Assembly: GCA_937936325.1 (NCBI GenBank)
Contig: CALGWV010000031.1
Coordinates: 1 to 47,855 of the forward strand
Length of the DNA stretch: 47,855 bases
Source: an uncultured Bdellovibrionales bacterium
GTDB lineage: Bacteria > Bdellovibrionota > Bdellovibrionia > Bdellovibrionales > UBA1609
Reading direction: 5' to 3'
The position numbers and the translations under genes were made by a program. A model generated the notes under the pieces. It was not told where the DNA came from. It did no database searches and saw nothing but the letters and a program-made list of their open reading frames with translations. Of the stretch, positions 27,572 through 36,114 are shown piece by piece; the stretch's first letter is position 1, and each line of letters opens with the position of its first letter.

Positions 27572-27993
27572 AATTTAAAAAGTATCTCACTACAACTATC
27601 CAAATTTTATTTTTATCCACGCTCTCTTCGCCTATCCTTGCAGAAGATGAACATCACTTAGAAACCAACTCAAGTGAAGAATTTGAGATAAGCAAAAAAG
27701 CAGAAATAACTTTAGGTATAAAGACCAATGAAATTATAAGTCTTGGAAGAAATTTATTTGAGGTTCCGAGTCAGTCTATAGTTTATTTTGGTGAAAACAA
27801 AGGTATCTATCTCTATGATGGACGCCACTATCAACTTATAAAAATATTAATAAAAAAATCTAAAAAATCTGTAGTTAAAATCGAATCATCTGAATTAAAA
27901 AAGGGAGATAAAATAGTTACCAAAGGAGTTCCCCTTCTTAGAGTTGCTCATCTTCAAGCATCAGGACAGGGAGGAGAAGGTCATGGCCATTAA
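27568..27993 (+). CDS. Drastically shortened RND adaptor-like protein (141 aa)
   Basis: Signal peptide, N-terminal MFP-like strand (FEISKKAEITLGIKTNEI), then directly the C-terminal MFP segment (FEVPSQSIVYFGENKGIYLYDG...VKIESSELKKGDKIVTKGVPLL) and a GGEGHGH tail. There is no room for lipoyl and alpha-hairpin domains. Confidence 0.6.
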   Translation: MKFKKYLTTTIQILFLSTLSSPILAEDEHHLETNSSEEFEISKKAEITLGIKTNEIISLGRNLFEVPSQSIVYFGENKGIYLYDGRHYQLIKILIKKSKKSVVKIESSELKKGDKIVTKGVPLLRVAHLQASGQGGEGHGH

Positions 27994-28017
27994 AATAATC
28001 GATAAGGGAGGGCTATC

Positions 28018-31000
28018 ATGATTAACTCACTCATAGAGCTTTCAGTAAAAAACAAGTCTATTGTTCTGATTTTTACTTTCTTTGGTATTCTACTAGGCTG
28101 GTCTTCCTATACTACCTTACCCATAGATGCAGTTCCAGATATAACGAACGTACAAGTTCAAGTTAATACTTCCGTCAAAGGTTTAGTTCCAAGTGAAATT
28201 GAAAAATTCATTACATTTCCCATAGAAAGACAAATGGGAGGGATACCCGACATAGCTGAGATACGATCCATTAGTAGATTTGGACTATCACAAGTTACAA
28301 TTGTTTTTAAAGATGGAACCGACATCTACAGAGCACGACAGTTGGTATCAGAAAAACTCCAAGGTATTCAAAGTGAACTACCAGGTAATGTTCAGCCTAC
28401 TATGGGGCCTATAACAACTGGACTAGGAGAGGTTTATTTTTATTCTCTTGATGCAAAGACACCTAAAACAGGTGATGAACGTGTTAAGCAACTTATGGAG
28501 CTTCGCGCTCTAAATGAATGGAGCATCCAATCACGCCTACTTAAGGTCGAAGGTGTGGCAGAAGTTAATACTATTGGAGGATACGAAAAGCAGTTTTTTG
28601 TTCAACCAAAAATGAAACAACTTGCTAGATATGGCATCCATCTTCATGAGCTTGTTGATGCAATAAAATCAAACAATCGAAACACTGGAGGCGGTTACAT
28701 TCAACAAACCGCAGAGCAACTTCTTATTCAATCTAATGGTTTGCTACAGACTATTGATGACATAAAAGACATTCCCATTAAAAAACTTGCAAGCTTTCAA
28801 ACTGTTTCAGTTAAGGATGTTGCTGAAGTTACACTTGATAAAGAAATTAGGACAGGGGCAGCACTTGTAAACGGAAAAGAAGCAGTCATGGGAACTGTTC
28901 TGATGCTTTTAAACGAAAACAGTAGATCGGTCTCTGAAGACGTTGATTTAAAGGTTCAGGAGATAAAAAAGTCCCTACCTGAATGGGTAGAAATGACAAC
29001 TCTCTACAATCGCTCAAAGCTAGTAAACTCTACTCTTTCAACTGTTCAACACAATCTTATATTTGGAGCACTTCTAGTCGCATTTTTCTTGCTAATTCTC
29101 TTAGGAGATCTAAGAGTTGCAACCATAACAGTAATTACTATTCCCTTATCTTTGCTTGGAACTTTTATATGGATGAAGGTTTTTAACATCTCTGGAAACC
29201 TTATGAGCTTAGGGGCACTAGATTTTGGAATCATAATTGATGGCGCAGTGATTGTGATGGACAATTGCGTGAGAGTTGTCAGAAATCGTGCTAATGAAAT
29301 GGGAAGAAAGCTTTCGCGACAAGAGATCAAGGACGCAGTCATCTTCGCCACAAAAGAAATTCGTTCAGCAGCGGGTTTTGGACAATTAATCATCGTAATT
29401 GTTTTTCTTCCTTTATTTGCATTAACAGGAGTCGAATCTAAGATGTTTACGCCAATGGCTGCAACTTTTTGCTTTGCTCTTGGGTCCGCGTTTATACTTT
29501 CCTTTTCCACGGTTCCTGCTCTGGCTTCTATTTTTCTCTCTGGAGAAGTTAGAAAAAAAGAACCCATCTTTATGCATATATTGTCCAAAATTTATAGTCC
29601 CGTGATTGATTTCGCCCTTAAGTTTAGAGCATTAATCATTACATTTGGAATCGTCAGTATTTTACTTGGCGGGTTTCTTTTTTCAAAGCTTGGTGCCGAC
29701 TTTCTACCGCAACTTGATGAAGGCTCTATAGCAATACAGTTTATTCGACCAACAAACATTTCTATTGATCAGTCCGTGGAGCTTCAAAAACTATCGGAGA
29801 AATTGATTTTGGAGTTTGATGAGGTAGACAAAGTTTTGTCTCGGATTGGTGTTTCCGAAATTGCCACAGACCCTATGGGTGTAAATATTTCTGATACCTA
29901 TATATTACTTAAAGAAAAAGAACTATGGCCTGAAGTAGATGGAACCAAAAGAAATAAAGAAAGTCTAATTGAAGAGCTCAAAGTTCGCCTTGAAGAATCC
30001 ATTCCAGGACAATCATTGGTTTTTTCTCAACCCGTTCAGCTTAGATTCAATGAACTTTTAGAAGGTGTACGAGCCGATGTCTCATTTAAAATATTTGGTG
30101 AGGACATGGACGTTTTAAGCAAGCTCGCTATGGAGGCTTCAGAGATTATTGAAAAAATTGATGGTGCCGGTGATGCTGAAGCAGAGATAAAAGGAAAGTC
30201 TCCTGTTTTACGAATCACTCCTAATACAAATGAACTGTCAGGTCTAGGAATTTCAAAAGAAAATGTGTTAACCACCGTTGAAACAGCAATCGGAGGTACT
30301 GAAGCTGGACACCTATACGAAGGAGTTATGAGATTTCCCATTGTCGTAAGACTAAGCGAAAGAGATAGATCTGATATTGAATCTATCAAAAAAGTCCCTG
30401 TTGGTGTTTCCGACAGTTTGACTGTCCCCATAGAGCAAGTAGCTAGTGTGAAGATTGAGGACACCTTTAATGACATAAGACGAGAATCAGCTAATAAAAG
30501 AGTTGCCGTTCTTATAAATGTAAGAGGTAGAGACACGCAGAGTTTTGTAAAAGAAGCCAAAGAAAAAATCAAAAATCAGCTGAAAATTCCCACTGGGTTT
30601 TATGTTGAATGGGGCGGAAGTTTTAAAAACCTTGAAAAAGCAAAAAAGAGATTAAAGCTTTTGGTTCCTTTAGCTCTTTGCCTTGTTTTATTTATGATCT
30701 ACATGGCTTTTGGTAGTATCTTACAAACAGCAATTGTAGCTAGCTGCATCCCTATGGCTCTTGTTGGTGGGGTCCTGGGACTCATGCTCAATGGTCTAGA
30801 GTTTAGTATCTCCGCCGCCGTTGGATTTATTGCTCTTTCTGGAATCGCCGTGCTTAATGGTGTTGTTCTTGTTAGTTATTTCAATCAACTCAAACTAGCA
30901 GGAGAGTCTGGCGATGGCCTGATTAGAAAAGGAACGAGTTTAAGGCTTCGCCCAGTCATGATGACGGCCCTTACAGATATATTTGGATTTGTTCCCATGA

Positions 31001-31161
31001 TGCTTGCAACTGGAGCTGGAGCAAGTGTTCAGAGGCCACTCGCCTCTGTGGTAGTAGGAGGGATCGTGTCGGCTACAATCTTGACCTTGATTGTTCTACC
31101 GATTGTCTATAGAAGCCTTGAACATAAAATGACTATTAAACCCTCTAACCTATCTCACTGA
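28018..31161 (+). CDS. czcA: HME-RND inner-membrane pump, CzcA-type (divalent cations)
   Basis: 1047 aa. The TM4 signature SLGALDFGIIIDGAVIVMDN is the CzcA-type D-x-x-x-D-x-x-x-(E/D) variant, which distinguishes it from the CusA-type pump at 17936-21211. Confidence 0.9.
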   Translation: MINSLIELSVKNKSIVLIFTFFGILLGWSSYTTLPIDAVPDITNVQVQVNTSVKGLVPSEIEKFITFPIERQMGGIPDIAEIRSISRFGLSQVTIVFKDGTDIYRARQLVSEKLQGIQSELPGNVQPTMGPITTGLGEVYFYSLDAKTPKTGDERVKQLMELRALNEWSIQSRLLKVEGVAEVNTIGGYEKQFFVQPKMKQLARYGIHLHELVDAIKSNNRNTGGGYIQQTAEQLLIQSNGLLQTIDDIKDIPIKKLASFQTVSVKDVAEVTLDKEIRTGAALVNGKEAVMGTVLMLLNENSRSVSEDVDLKVQEIKKSLPEWVEMTTLYNRSKLVNSTLSTVQHNLIFGALLVAFFLLILLGDLRVATITVITIPLSLLGTFIWMKVFNISGNLMSLGALDFGIIIDGAVIVMDNCVRVVRNRANEMGRKLSRQEIKDAVIFATKEIRSAAGFGQLIIVIVFLPLFALTGVESKMFTPMAATFCFALGSAFILSFSTVPALASIFLSGEVRKKEPIFMHILSKIYSPVIDFALKFRALIITFGIVSILLGGFLFSKLGADFLPQLDEGSIAIQFIRPTNISIDQSVELQKLSEKLILEFDEVDKVLSRIGVSEIATDPMGVNISDTYILLKEKELWPEVDGTKRNKESLIEELKVRLEESIPGQSLVFSQPVQLRFNELLEGVRADVSFKIFGEDMDVLSKLAMEASEIIEKIDGAGDAEAEIKGKSPVLRITPNTNELSGLGISKENVLTTVETAIGGTEAGHLYEGVMRFPIVVRLSERDRSDIESIKKVPVGVSDSLTVPIEQVASVKIEDTFNDIRRESANKRVAVLINVRGRDTQSFVKEAKEKIKNQLKIPTGFYVEWGGSFKNLEKAKKRLKLLVPLALCLVLFMIYMAFGSILQTAIVASCIPMALVGGVLGLMLNGLEFSISAAVGFIALSGIAVLNGVVLVSYFNQLKLAGESGDGLIRKGTSLRLRPVMMTALTDIFGFVPMMLATGAGASVQRPLASVVVGGIVSATILTLIVLPIVYRSLEHKMTIKPSNLSH

Positions 31162-31172
31162 GGTAAAAAATT

Positions 31173-32048
31173 ATGGGACATCAACACACTCATCAAAAAA
31201 ATGGAAAAGCACTCTTTTGGGCGATTTTAATTAACCTCCTTCTCACTGTCGCCCAAGTGATAGGAGGAGTGATTTCAGGAAGTCTTTCTTTACTTGCTGA
31301 TGCACTCCATAACTTCAGTGATGCCGGAGCCCTGATCATTGCTTACATTGCTCAAAGAGTTTCCGGCCTTCCTGCAAATAAAGAGATGACTTTCGGTTAT
31401 GGAAGGGCCCAGATTCTAGGCGCCCTTATCAACAGCGTCACATTAGTTATAGTTGGCTTATACCTAATTTATGAATCATGGGAGCGATTTTACTCTCCGT
31501 CCAGTATAGATGGCTGGATGGTGGTTTGGATTGCAGGTCTAGCTCTAGTGATTGACCTATTCACTGCTTGGCTCACCCATGAAGGCTCAAAACATAGTAT
31601 AAATATGAGGGCTGCGTTTATCCACAATCTATCAGACGCACTCGCTTCTGTAGTTGTAATTATCTCAGGGGTATTGATAATTAATTATAAAATATTCTGG
31701 GTTGATCTTGCCGCAACCTTGCTCATTTCAGCGTATATTTTATACCAGTCAATTGGGCTAATAAAAAGTAGTGTAAAAACTCTTATGCAAGGTGTTCCTG
31801 AAGACTTAAATCAAAGTGAAATAGTAGAAGAGTTAAAAAAAATAGATGGCATCAAAGATATTCATCATATACACATTTGGGAAATTCATGAAAAATTTAG
31901 ATCTTTTGAGTCCCATATAGTAATCAATTCAAAAGATCTTGAAAAAGCGATCCAAGTGAAAAAAAGCGTTAAAAAGAAACTCAAGCAGATTTTTAAAATT
32001 GACCATTCAACACTTGAAATAGAATTCTCAAAAGACGAGTGCAAGTAG
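31173..32048 (+). CDS. czcD: Cation diffusion facilitator (CzcD/ZitB-like) with a cytoplasmic C-terminal domain
   Basis: N-terminal MGHQHTHQ. Site A residues in LLADALHNFSDA (TM2) and FIHNLSDALAS (TM5). C-terminal ferredoxin-like domain (IKDIHHIHIWE). Confidence 0.85.
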   Translation: MGHQHTHQKNGKALFWAILINLLLTVAQVIGGVISGSLSLLADALHNFSDAGALIIAYIAQRVSGLPANKEMTFGYGRAQILGALINSVTLVIVGLYLIYESWERFYSPSSIDGWMVVWIAGLALVIDLFTAWLTHEGSKHSINMRAAFIHNLSDALASVVVIISGVLIINYKIFWVDLAATLLISAYILYQSIGLIKSSVKTLMQGVPEDLNQSEIVEELKKIDGIKDIHHIHIWEIHEKFRSFESHIVINSKDLEKAIQVKKSVKKKLKQIFKIDHSTLEIEFSKDECK

Positions 32049-32204
32049 CATTTAATTTTTTTACCCACCGCCAGCTTCCTATTTATTTAAAAAATCCGCT
32101 TTGATTCTTGGAGTGGATTTTGTATGAGTTTTAAATATGCTCCCACAACTTTTTACTCTGATTTATGGTAATTCATACTTATTTATGTTTAGACTATATT
32201 AGAC

Positions 32205-32759
32205 ATGCATTTTTTTGAGACAACACTCTTTATTTTAGCACTGTTCTCCGGTTCGGTTATATTGATCCTAGGACTGTGTACTGCATTTATAAAAGGCTTT
32301 AATTTCTGGCCACCTCCAAAACTGAATAGTTGGCAAAAAAGAGTTTCTTGGTTTCTTTTTCGTTTTCTATCATATCCACTTTTTACAATTGTCATTTTAA
32401 ACTTAAAGACAATCGACTGGAATAACACATTTTCGTTACTAGGCGGCCTAACATTTGGTTTTTGTCTTCTCCTTGCGTTCAGAATATCAATCAAATTGGG
32501 AATAAAGAACACCTACGGCGACAGGCAAGGTTTAATAACTGATGGTTGGTATTCCATAAGTAGAAACCCTGTTTATTTAGTCACTATTATCGCATTGCTC
32601 GGTCTTATAATTTGCATGCCCATATTTGAGGTCGTCACAGTGTCGCTACTTTGGATTTTGATTTATATACTTATTCCTTTTGTTGAAGAGCCTTGGTTAG
32701 AAAAACAATATGGGAAAAAATATTTGGAATATAAAAAACGAGTTGGAAGGTTCATGTAA
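32205..32759 (+). CDS. ICMT/phospholipid-methyltransferase-family membrane protein (CzcN-like)
   Basis: LITDGWYSISRNPVYLVTII...EEPWLEKQYGKKYLEYKKRVGRF matches the isoprenylcysteine carboxyl methyltransferase family signature. This family is known next to czc clusters (CzcN of Cupriavidus). Confidence 0.7.
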   Translation: MHFFETTLFILALFSGSVILILGLCTAFIKGFNFWPPPKLNSWQKRVSWFLFRFLSYPLFTIVILNLKTIDWNNTFSLLGGLTFGFCLLLAFRISIKLGIKNTYGDRQGLITDGWYSISRNPVYLVTIIALLGLIICMPIFEVVTVSLLWILIYILIPFVEEPWLEKQYGKKYLEYKKRVGRFM

Positions 32760-33143
32760 CTTAATTGGCTATCACCAAATTAAATTTAAGGACCGTTCAT
32801 AAATGATGCAACATGCTTCAGATCAGAATTTGCTTCATAAGCATATGATATTATATCTCTTGTACCACCCATTTATTAGGCCTTAGCAGCTATAACAAAT
32901 TTTTCTATATAAAATTTTCACGAAAATAAAGATAAAAACTTTTCTTGTTTATTTCCCACTGAATTATGGATAGCGTCATGTGAGCCGTACCAAGATTGGG
33001 ACGTAGGGGCAGAAATTAATAATCATCAGTGAATTCAACATGCTAACCGCCAAAAAGTTATAAAAAGCACACGTGCTGTCCCAAGGCTGGAACGAGAAGA
33101 AAAAGGGGCAAGCTACTACAATCATTAATTTTTTAAAAAATTC

Positions 33144-33159
33144 GTCCCAAACGTGGGAC
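33144..33159. promoter_or_regulatory. Perfect palindrome GTCCCA-AACG-TGGGAC (candidate enhancer/UAS)
   Basis: Exact 6+4+6 inverted repeat about 50 bp upstream of the -24 element. Related half-sites lie at 32997-33002 and 33078-33083. Confidence 0.55.
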
Positions 33160-33208
33160 AAAAAATAAAAATTAGAACGCTAAGCTCGTGTTTATTGACG
33201 TTAGAAGC

Positions 33209-33223
33209 TGGCATCAGTCTTGC
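33209..33223 (+). promoter_or_regulatory. Sigma-54 (-24/-12) promoter
   Basis: TGGCAT-CAGTC-TTGC has exact consensus spacing (GG and GC 10 nt apart). It lies directly upstream of the operon, whose first gene is itself a sigma-54 activator. Confidence 0.7.
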
Positions 33224-33258
33224 CTATAGAGGGAGTGAGTATGATTGAAGGGGAACAA

Positions 33259-34698
33259 ATGAATTACAATATCCTTATAGCAGATGATGAAGAGCATATC
33301 TTATTAGACTACGAATCCAAGCTCGTTCGTCACTTAGACATAAACACAACTTTTGTAAGCTCCCCTGAAGAAGTAATAGAAATTTATAATAAAAATATAG
33401 ATAAGTATGCTGTGGTAGTTCTCGATTATAATTATCGTGACTCGAACTTAAATGGGGCATCTCTTGCAAAAAAAATCAAAGCAGTTAACCCTAAACAAGC
33501 AATACTCATTTGCTCTGGCCTAAATGATCAAGACCCTGCAATTGAAAGCTTCAAAGCTGGCGCAGTCGATTTTATAAAGAAAGGCTGCGACGTTAGCGAT
33601 ATTGTTGAAAAAATTCGAAGTCACTTCAAAAAATATGATGAAACGAGACGGGTTCTTGATTTTAATACATCTAAAAAAGCAAGGCTAACTAAAAACTCAA
33701 ACTTAATCTCAAAAATTGGCTTAGTGGGACAGTCGGACTCATTAGCTGAAGTCGCAAAGCAAATTGGAATTATAAGTGATTACGGATCTAATTCAACCGT
33801 CTTGATAAGAGGTGAATCAGGTACAGGAAAGGAGTTACTTGCAAAAGCTGTACATAAGTTTTCTTCTAGAAGCAATAAAATGTTCCTACCAATTAATTGT
33901 GGTGCAATACCTAAAGACCTTCTTGAAAGTGAACTTTTTGGTCATGAGAAAGGATCTTTTACTGGGGCAGTTACAAAAAAAATTGGAAAATTTCAACTAG
34001 CAAACGGTGGCACAATTTTTCTTGATGAAATTGGCGATCTTGATAGGCAGTTACAAGTTAAGTTACTGCGAGTCTTGCAGGAAGGAACAATAGAGCCTAT
34101 TGGCTCTAATAGCTCAATGACGGTAGATGTAAAAATAATTGCGGCTACACACGTCAATCTTGAAGATGCAATTGAGAGAGGAGACTTCCGAGAAGATCTT
34201 TATTATAGGTTAAATGTAATACCTCTCACCGTTGCTCCTTTGAGGCAAAGGTTAGAGGATATTGAGCCTCTAGTACTACACTTCATGGAGAAGCACCCGA
34301 ACGGAAAAGATAAAAAGTTCTTATACAAAACTATTCAATATCTTAAATCGTATCCTTGGAGAGGAAATGTAAGAGAACTAGAAAATATCGTAAACGGATT
34401 GCTAACAATGACTCTTAGTAATGAAATAAGACCGGAGCACCTGAGCGAAGATTTTTTTGTTACTGATGATGTGCAATTTGAAGATTTTAAAGGGAGCTTC
34501 GAAGAACTCAAAATCAGACTCCAAGACTACAGTGACAAGGTCCAAAAAGACTATATTTTAAAGAAGATTAGAAACCTGCCTACTCCGCTTTCATTCAGAA
34601 CTGCCGCGGAAAAAATAAATATTTCAAAGAGTTCCTTGAAAAGAAAACTCGACTCATGGGGATATTCATCAAAAGAGGTTTTTAACGATGGCAATTAG
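33259..34698 (+). CDS. NtrC-family sigma-54-dependent response regulator (REC + AAA+ + Fis-type HTH)
   Basis: REC domain (NILIADDEE...VVLDYNY). Walker A GESGTGKE, GAFTGA-type loop EKGSFTGA, Walker B IFLDEIG, R-finger region. C-terminal HTH (FRTAAEKINISKSSLKRKL). Start chosen at MNYNILI (33259) because the ATG at 33241 would leave almost no leader after the predicted promoter. 33241 remains possible. Confidence 0.9.
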   Translation: MNYNILIADDEEHILLDYESKLVRHLDINTTFVSSPEEVIEIYNKNIDKYAVVVLDYNYRDSNLNGASLAKKIKAVNPKQAILICSGLNDQDPAIESFKAGAVDFIKKGCDVSDIVEKIRSHFKKYDETRRVLDFNTSKKARLTKNSNLISKIGLVGQSDSLAEVAKQIGIISDYGSNSTVLIRGESGTGKELLAKAVHKFSSRSNKMFLPINCGAIPKDLLESELFGHEKGSFTGAVTKKIGKFQLANGGTIFLDEIGDLDRQLQVKLLRVLQEGTIEPIGSNSSMTVDVKIIAATHVNLEDAIERGDFREDLYYRLNVIPLTVAPLRQRLEDIEPLVLHFMEKHPNGKDKKFLYKTIQYLKSYPWRGNVRELENIVNGLLTMTLSNEIRPEHLSEDFFVTDDVQFEDFKGSFEELKIRLQDYSDKVQKDYILKKIRNLPTPLSFRTAAEKINISKSSLKRKLDSWGYSSKEVFNDGN

Positions 34699-35773
34699 TT
34701 CAATCAAAAATTTTCTGATAACTCAACTCTTGAAAACTGTTAGAAGTCAGAATTTTTTGTCTATTCAACTCGATATTACAAATGCATGTAATCTAAACTG
34801 CTCGCATTGTTATCACTCCCATCACAAAAATAAGGGGGCGATAAATCTAAGTCAGTGGAAAGAGATTATTGATCAGTATGATTTGCTGTTGCAAAAACTT
34901 ATCCTGAAGCCAAGGATAGTTATCTGTGGTGGGGAACCCTTGGTAAGCCCTATGCTTTTACCTTTAATCGAGTATATTAACCATAAGTGGCCAAAAACAG
35001 AAATTTCAATATTAACTAATGGAACAACTATAAATCGTAAATTATTAGAAAAACTAATTGATTATAATGTTGAATTTCAAGTTTCTATTGATGGCCCAGA
35101 TTCAAATAGACATGATGAAATCAGAGGAGCAGGAAATTTCCTAAAAGCATTATCTGGTATAAAGTTATCCCAACAATATGGAATTAGAGTTGCAGTCCTC
35201 ACCGTTCTATCTAAAAAAACATCATTTTGGATATATGATTTCTTTGATTTAGCTAAAACCATTGGCGTATGTTCAATGAATTTTACTAGATTCATTCCCC
35301 AAGGTAATGGGTATAAGCTGGTTGAAAATGGTTTAGATCGTGCTTTAACTGCTTTTGAGCTGAAAGAGTCATTTACGAAAATTTATGAAACTGGAAAATT
35401 ATTAAAAGTTAAGACAGGAACAAATCAGCCTTTATTTCATTTAGTAGATAGCTCTTTAGGTTCCAATGGAAATTTTGGTTTTCAAGGAATTGTAGTTGAT
35501 TATAAGGGAAATTTTAAAATCTCAAGTAGAGCTGATTACATAATTGGAAATATACTAGAAACAGGGCTTGAAAACTTATTTTTGAAAAATCCAATCATGA
35601 AAGAGCTTAGAAAAGGCAATATAGAAAAATGTGGATCATGTGTTCACTACTCAAGATGTGGTGGAGATAGAAATATAAGTTTCGCAGAAACTGGAAGTTT
35701 TTTAAAAGCCGACAGTGGTTGTTGGTTTAATTTAGAGAGTACATCTATAGACCTAGGAGGGAAGGTTATATGA
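34688..35773 (+). CDS. Radical SAM enzyme with a C-terminal SPASM/twitch-type Cys cluster (peptide/protein maturase class)
   Basis: CNLNCSHCY (CxxxCxxC), GGEPL and NGT motifs. C-terminal CGSCVHYSRCGG...SGCW. Overlaps the regulator gene by 11 nt. Confidence 0.85.
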   Translation: MAISSIKNFLITQLLKTVRSQNFLSIQLDITNACNLNCSHCYHSHHKNKGAINLSQWKEIIDQYDLLLQKLILKPRIVICGGEPLVSPMLLPLIEYINHKWPKTEISILTNGTTINRKLLEKLIDYNVEFQVSIDGPDSNRHDEIRGAGNFLKALSGIKLSQQYGIRVAVLTVLSKKTSFWIYDFFDLAKTIGVCSMNFTRFIPQGNGYKLVENGLDRALTAFELKESFTKIYETGKLLKVKTGTNQPLFHLVDSSLGSNGNFGFQGIVVDYKGNFKISSRADYIIGNILETGLENLFLKNPIMKELRKGNIEKCGSCVHYSRCGGDRNISFAETGSFLKADSGCWFNLESTSIDLGGKVI

Positions 35774-36111
35774 AAAATTTAAGAAAAGTGTATTTGATTT
35801 TATTATCAATTCTACCAATTTCATCAGTTTCATTTGCTGCTGAATTTGAAAGACAAATTGGAAATGCCTATAATGAGGCTGAATTCGATTTTTCAGGAGA
35901 GATGTTGAGAAAGCTAGAAGCTGAAAGTGATCAAGATATGAGTCCATATTATGAGTTTATGGATAAATACGAGATTGAAAGTCTAGAAACCTTAAAAACG
36001 AGAGAGTATAAACCACACTTAAACAGAATGCTTAAGTTCTACGTTGATGAAAAATTTGGAAATAACTCAAGTGTAGCAGCATCTCTAAGTCAAATTACTG
36101 GAGAGCACTAA
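35770..36111 (+). CDS. Small acidic exported protein of unknown function (113 aa)
   Basis: ATGA overlap with the radical SAM stop. GGAGG RBS. Signal peptide MKNLRKVYLILLSILPISSVSFA. The mature part is rich in Glu/Asp/Tyr/Phe. Confidence 0.7.
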   Translation: MKNLRKVYLILLSILPISSVSFAAEFERQIGNAYNEAEFDFSGEMLRKLEAESDQDMSPYYEFMDKYEIESLETLKTREYKPHLNRMLKFYVDEKFGNNSSVAASLSQITGEH

Positions 36112-36114
36112 ATA

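Noticed and set aside
28983-30572. ORFs inside or antisense to czcA (28983-29186, 29046-29588, 30036-30572)
   Set aside because: Shadow ORFs within the RND pump gene. The 178-180-aa antisense ones are Ser/Thr/Ile-rich artefacts of codon complementarity.
32189-32512. 107-aa minus-strand ORF opposite the ICMT-like gene, and 32976-33161 in the intergenic region
   Set aside because: The first is antisense to a motif-supported gene. The second is built from the enhancer-like repeats and has no RBS.
32786-32872. 28-aa minus-strand mini-ORF (MGGTRDIISYAYEANSDLKHVASFMNGP), considered as a possible precursor peptide for the radical SAM enzyme
   Set aside because: It is on the opposite strand, 1.8 kb from the maturase and outside the sigma-54 operon. 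It has only a weak RBS and no recognisable leader or core features. It is too speculative to report as a feature.
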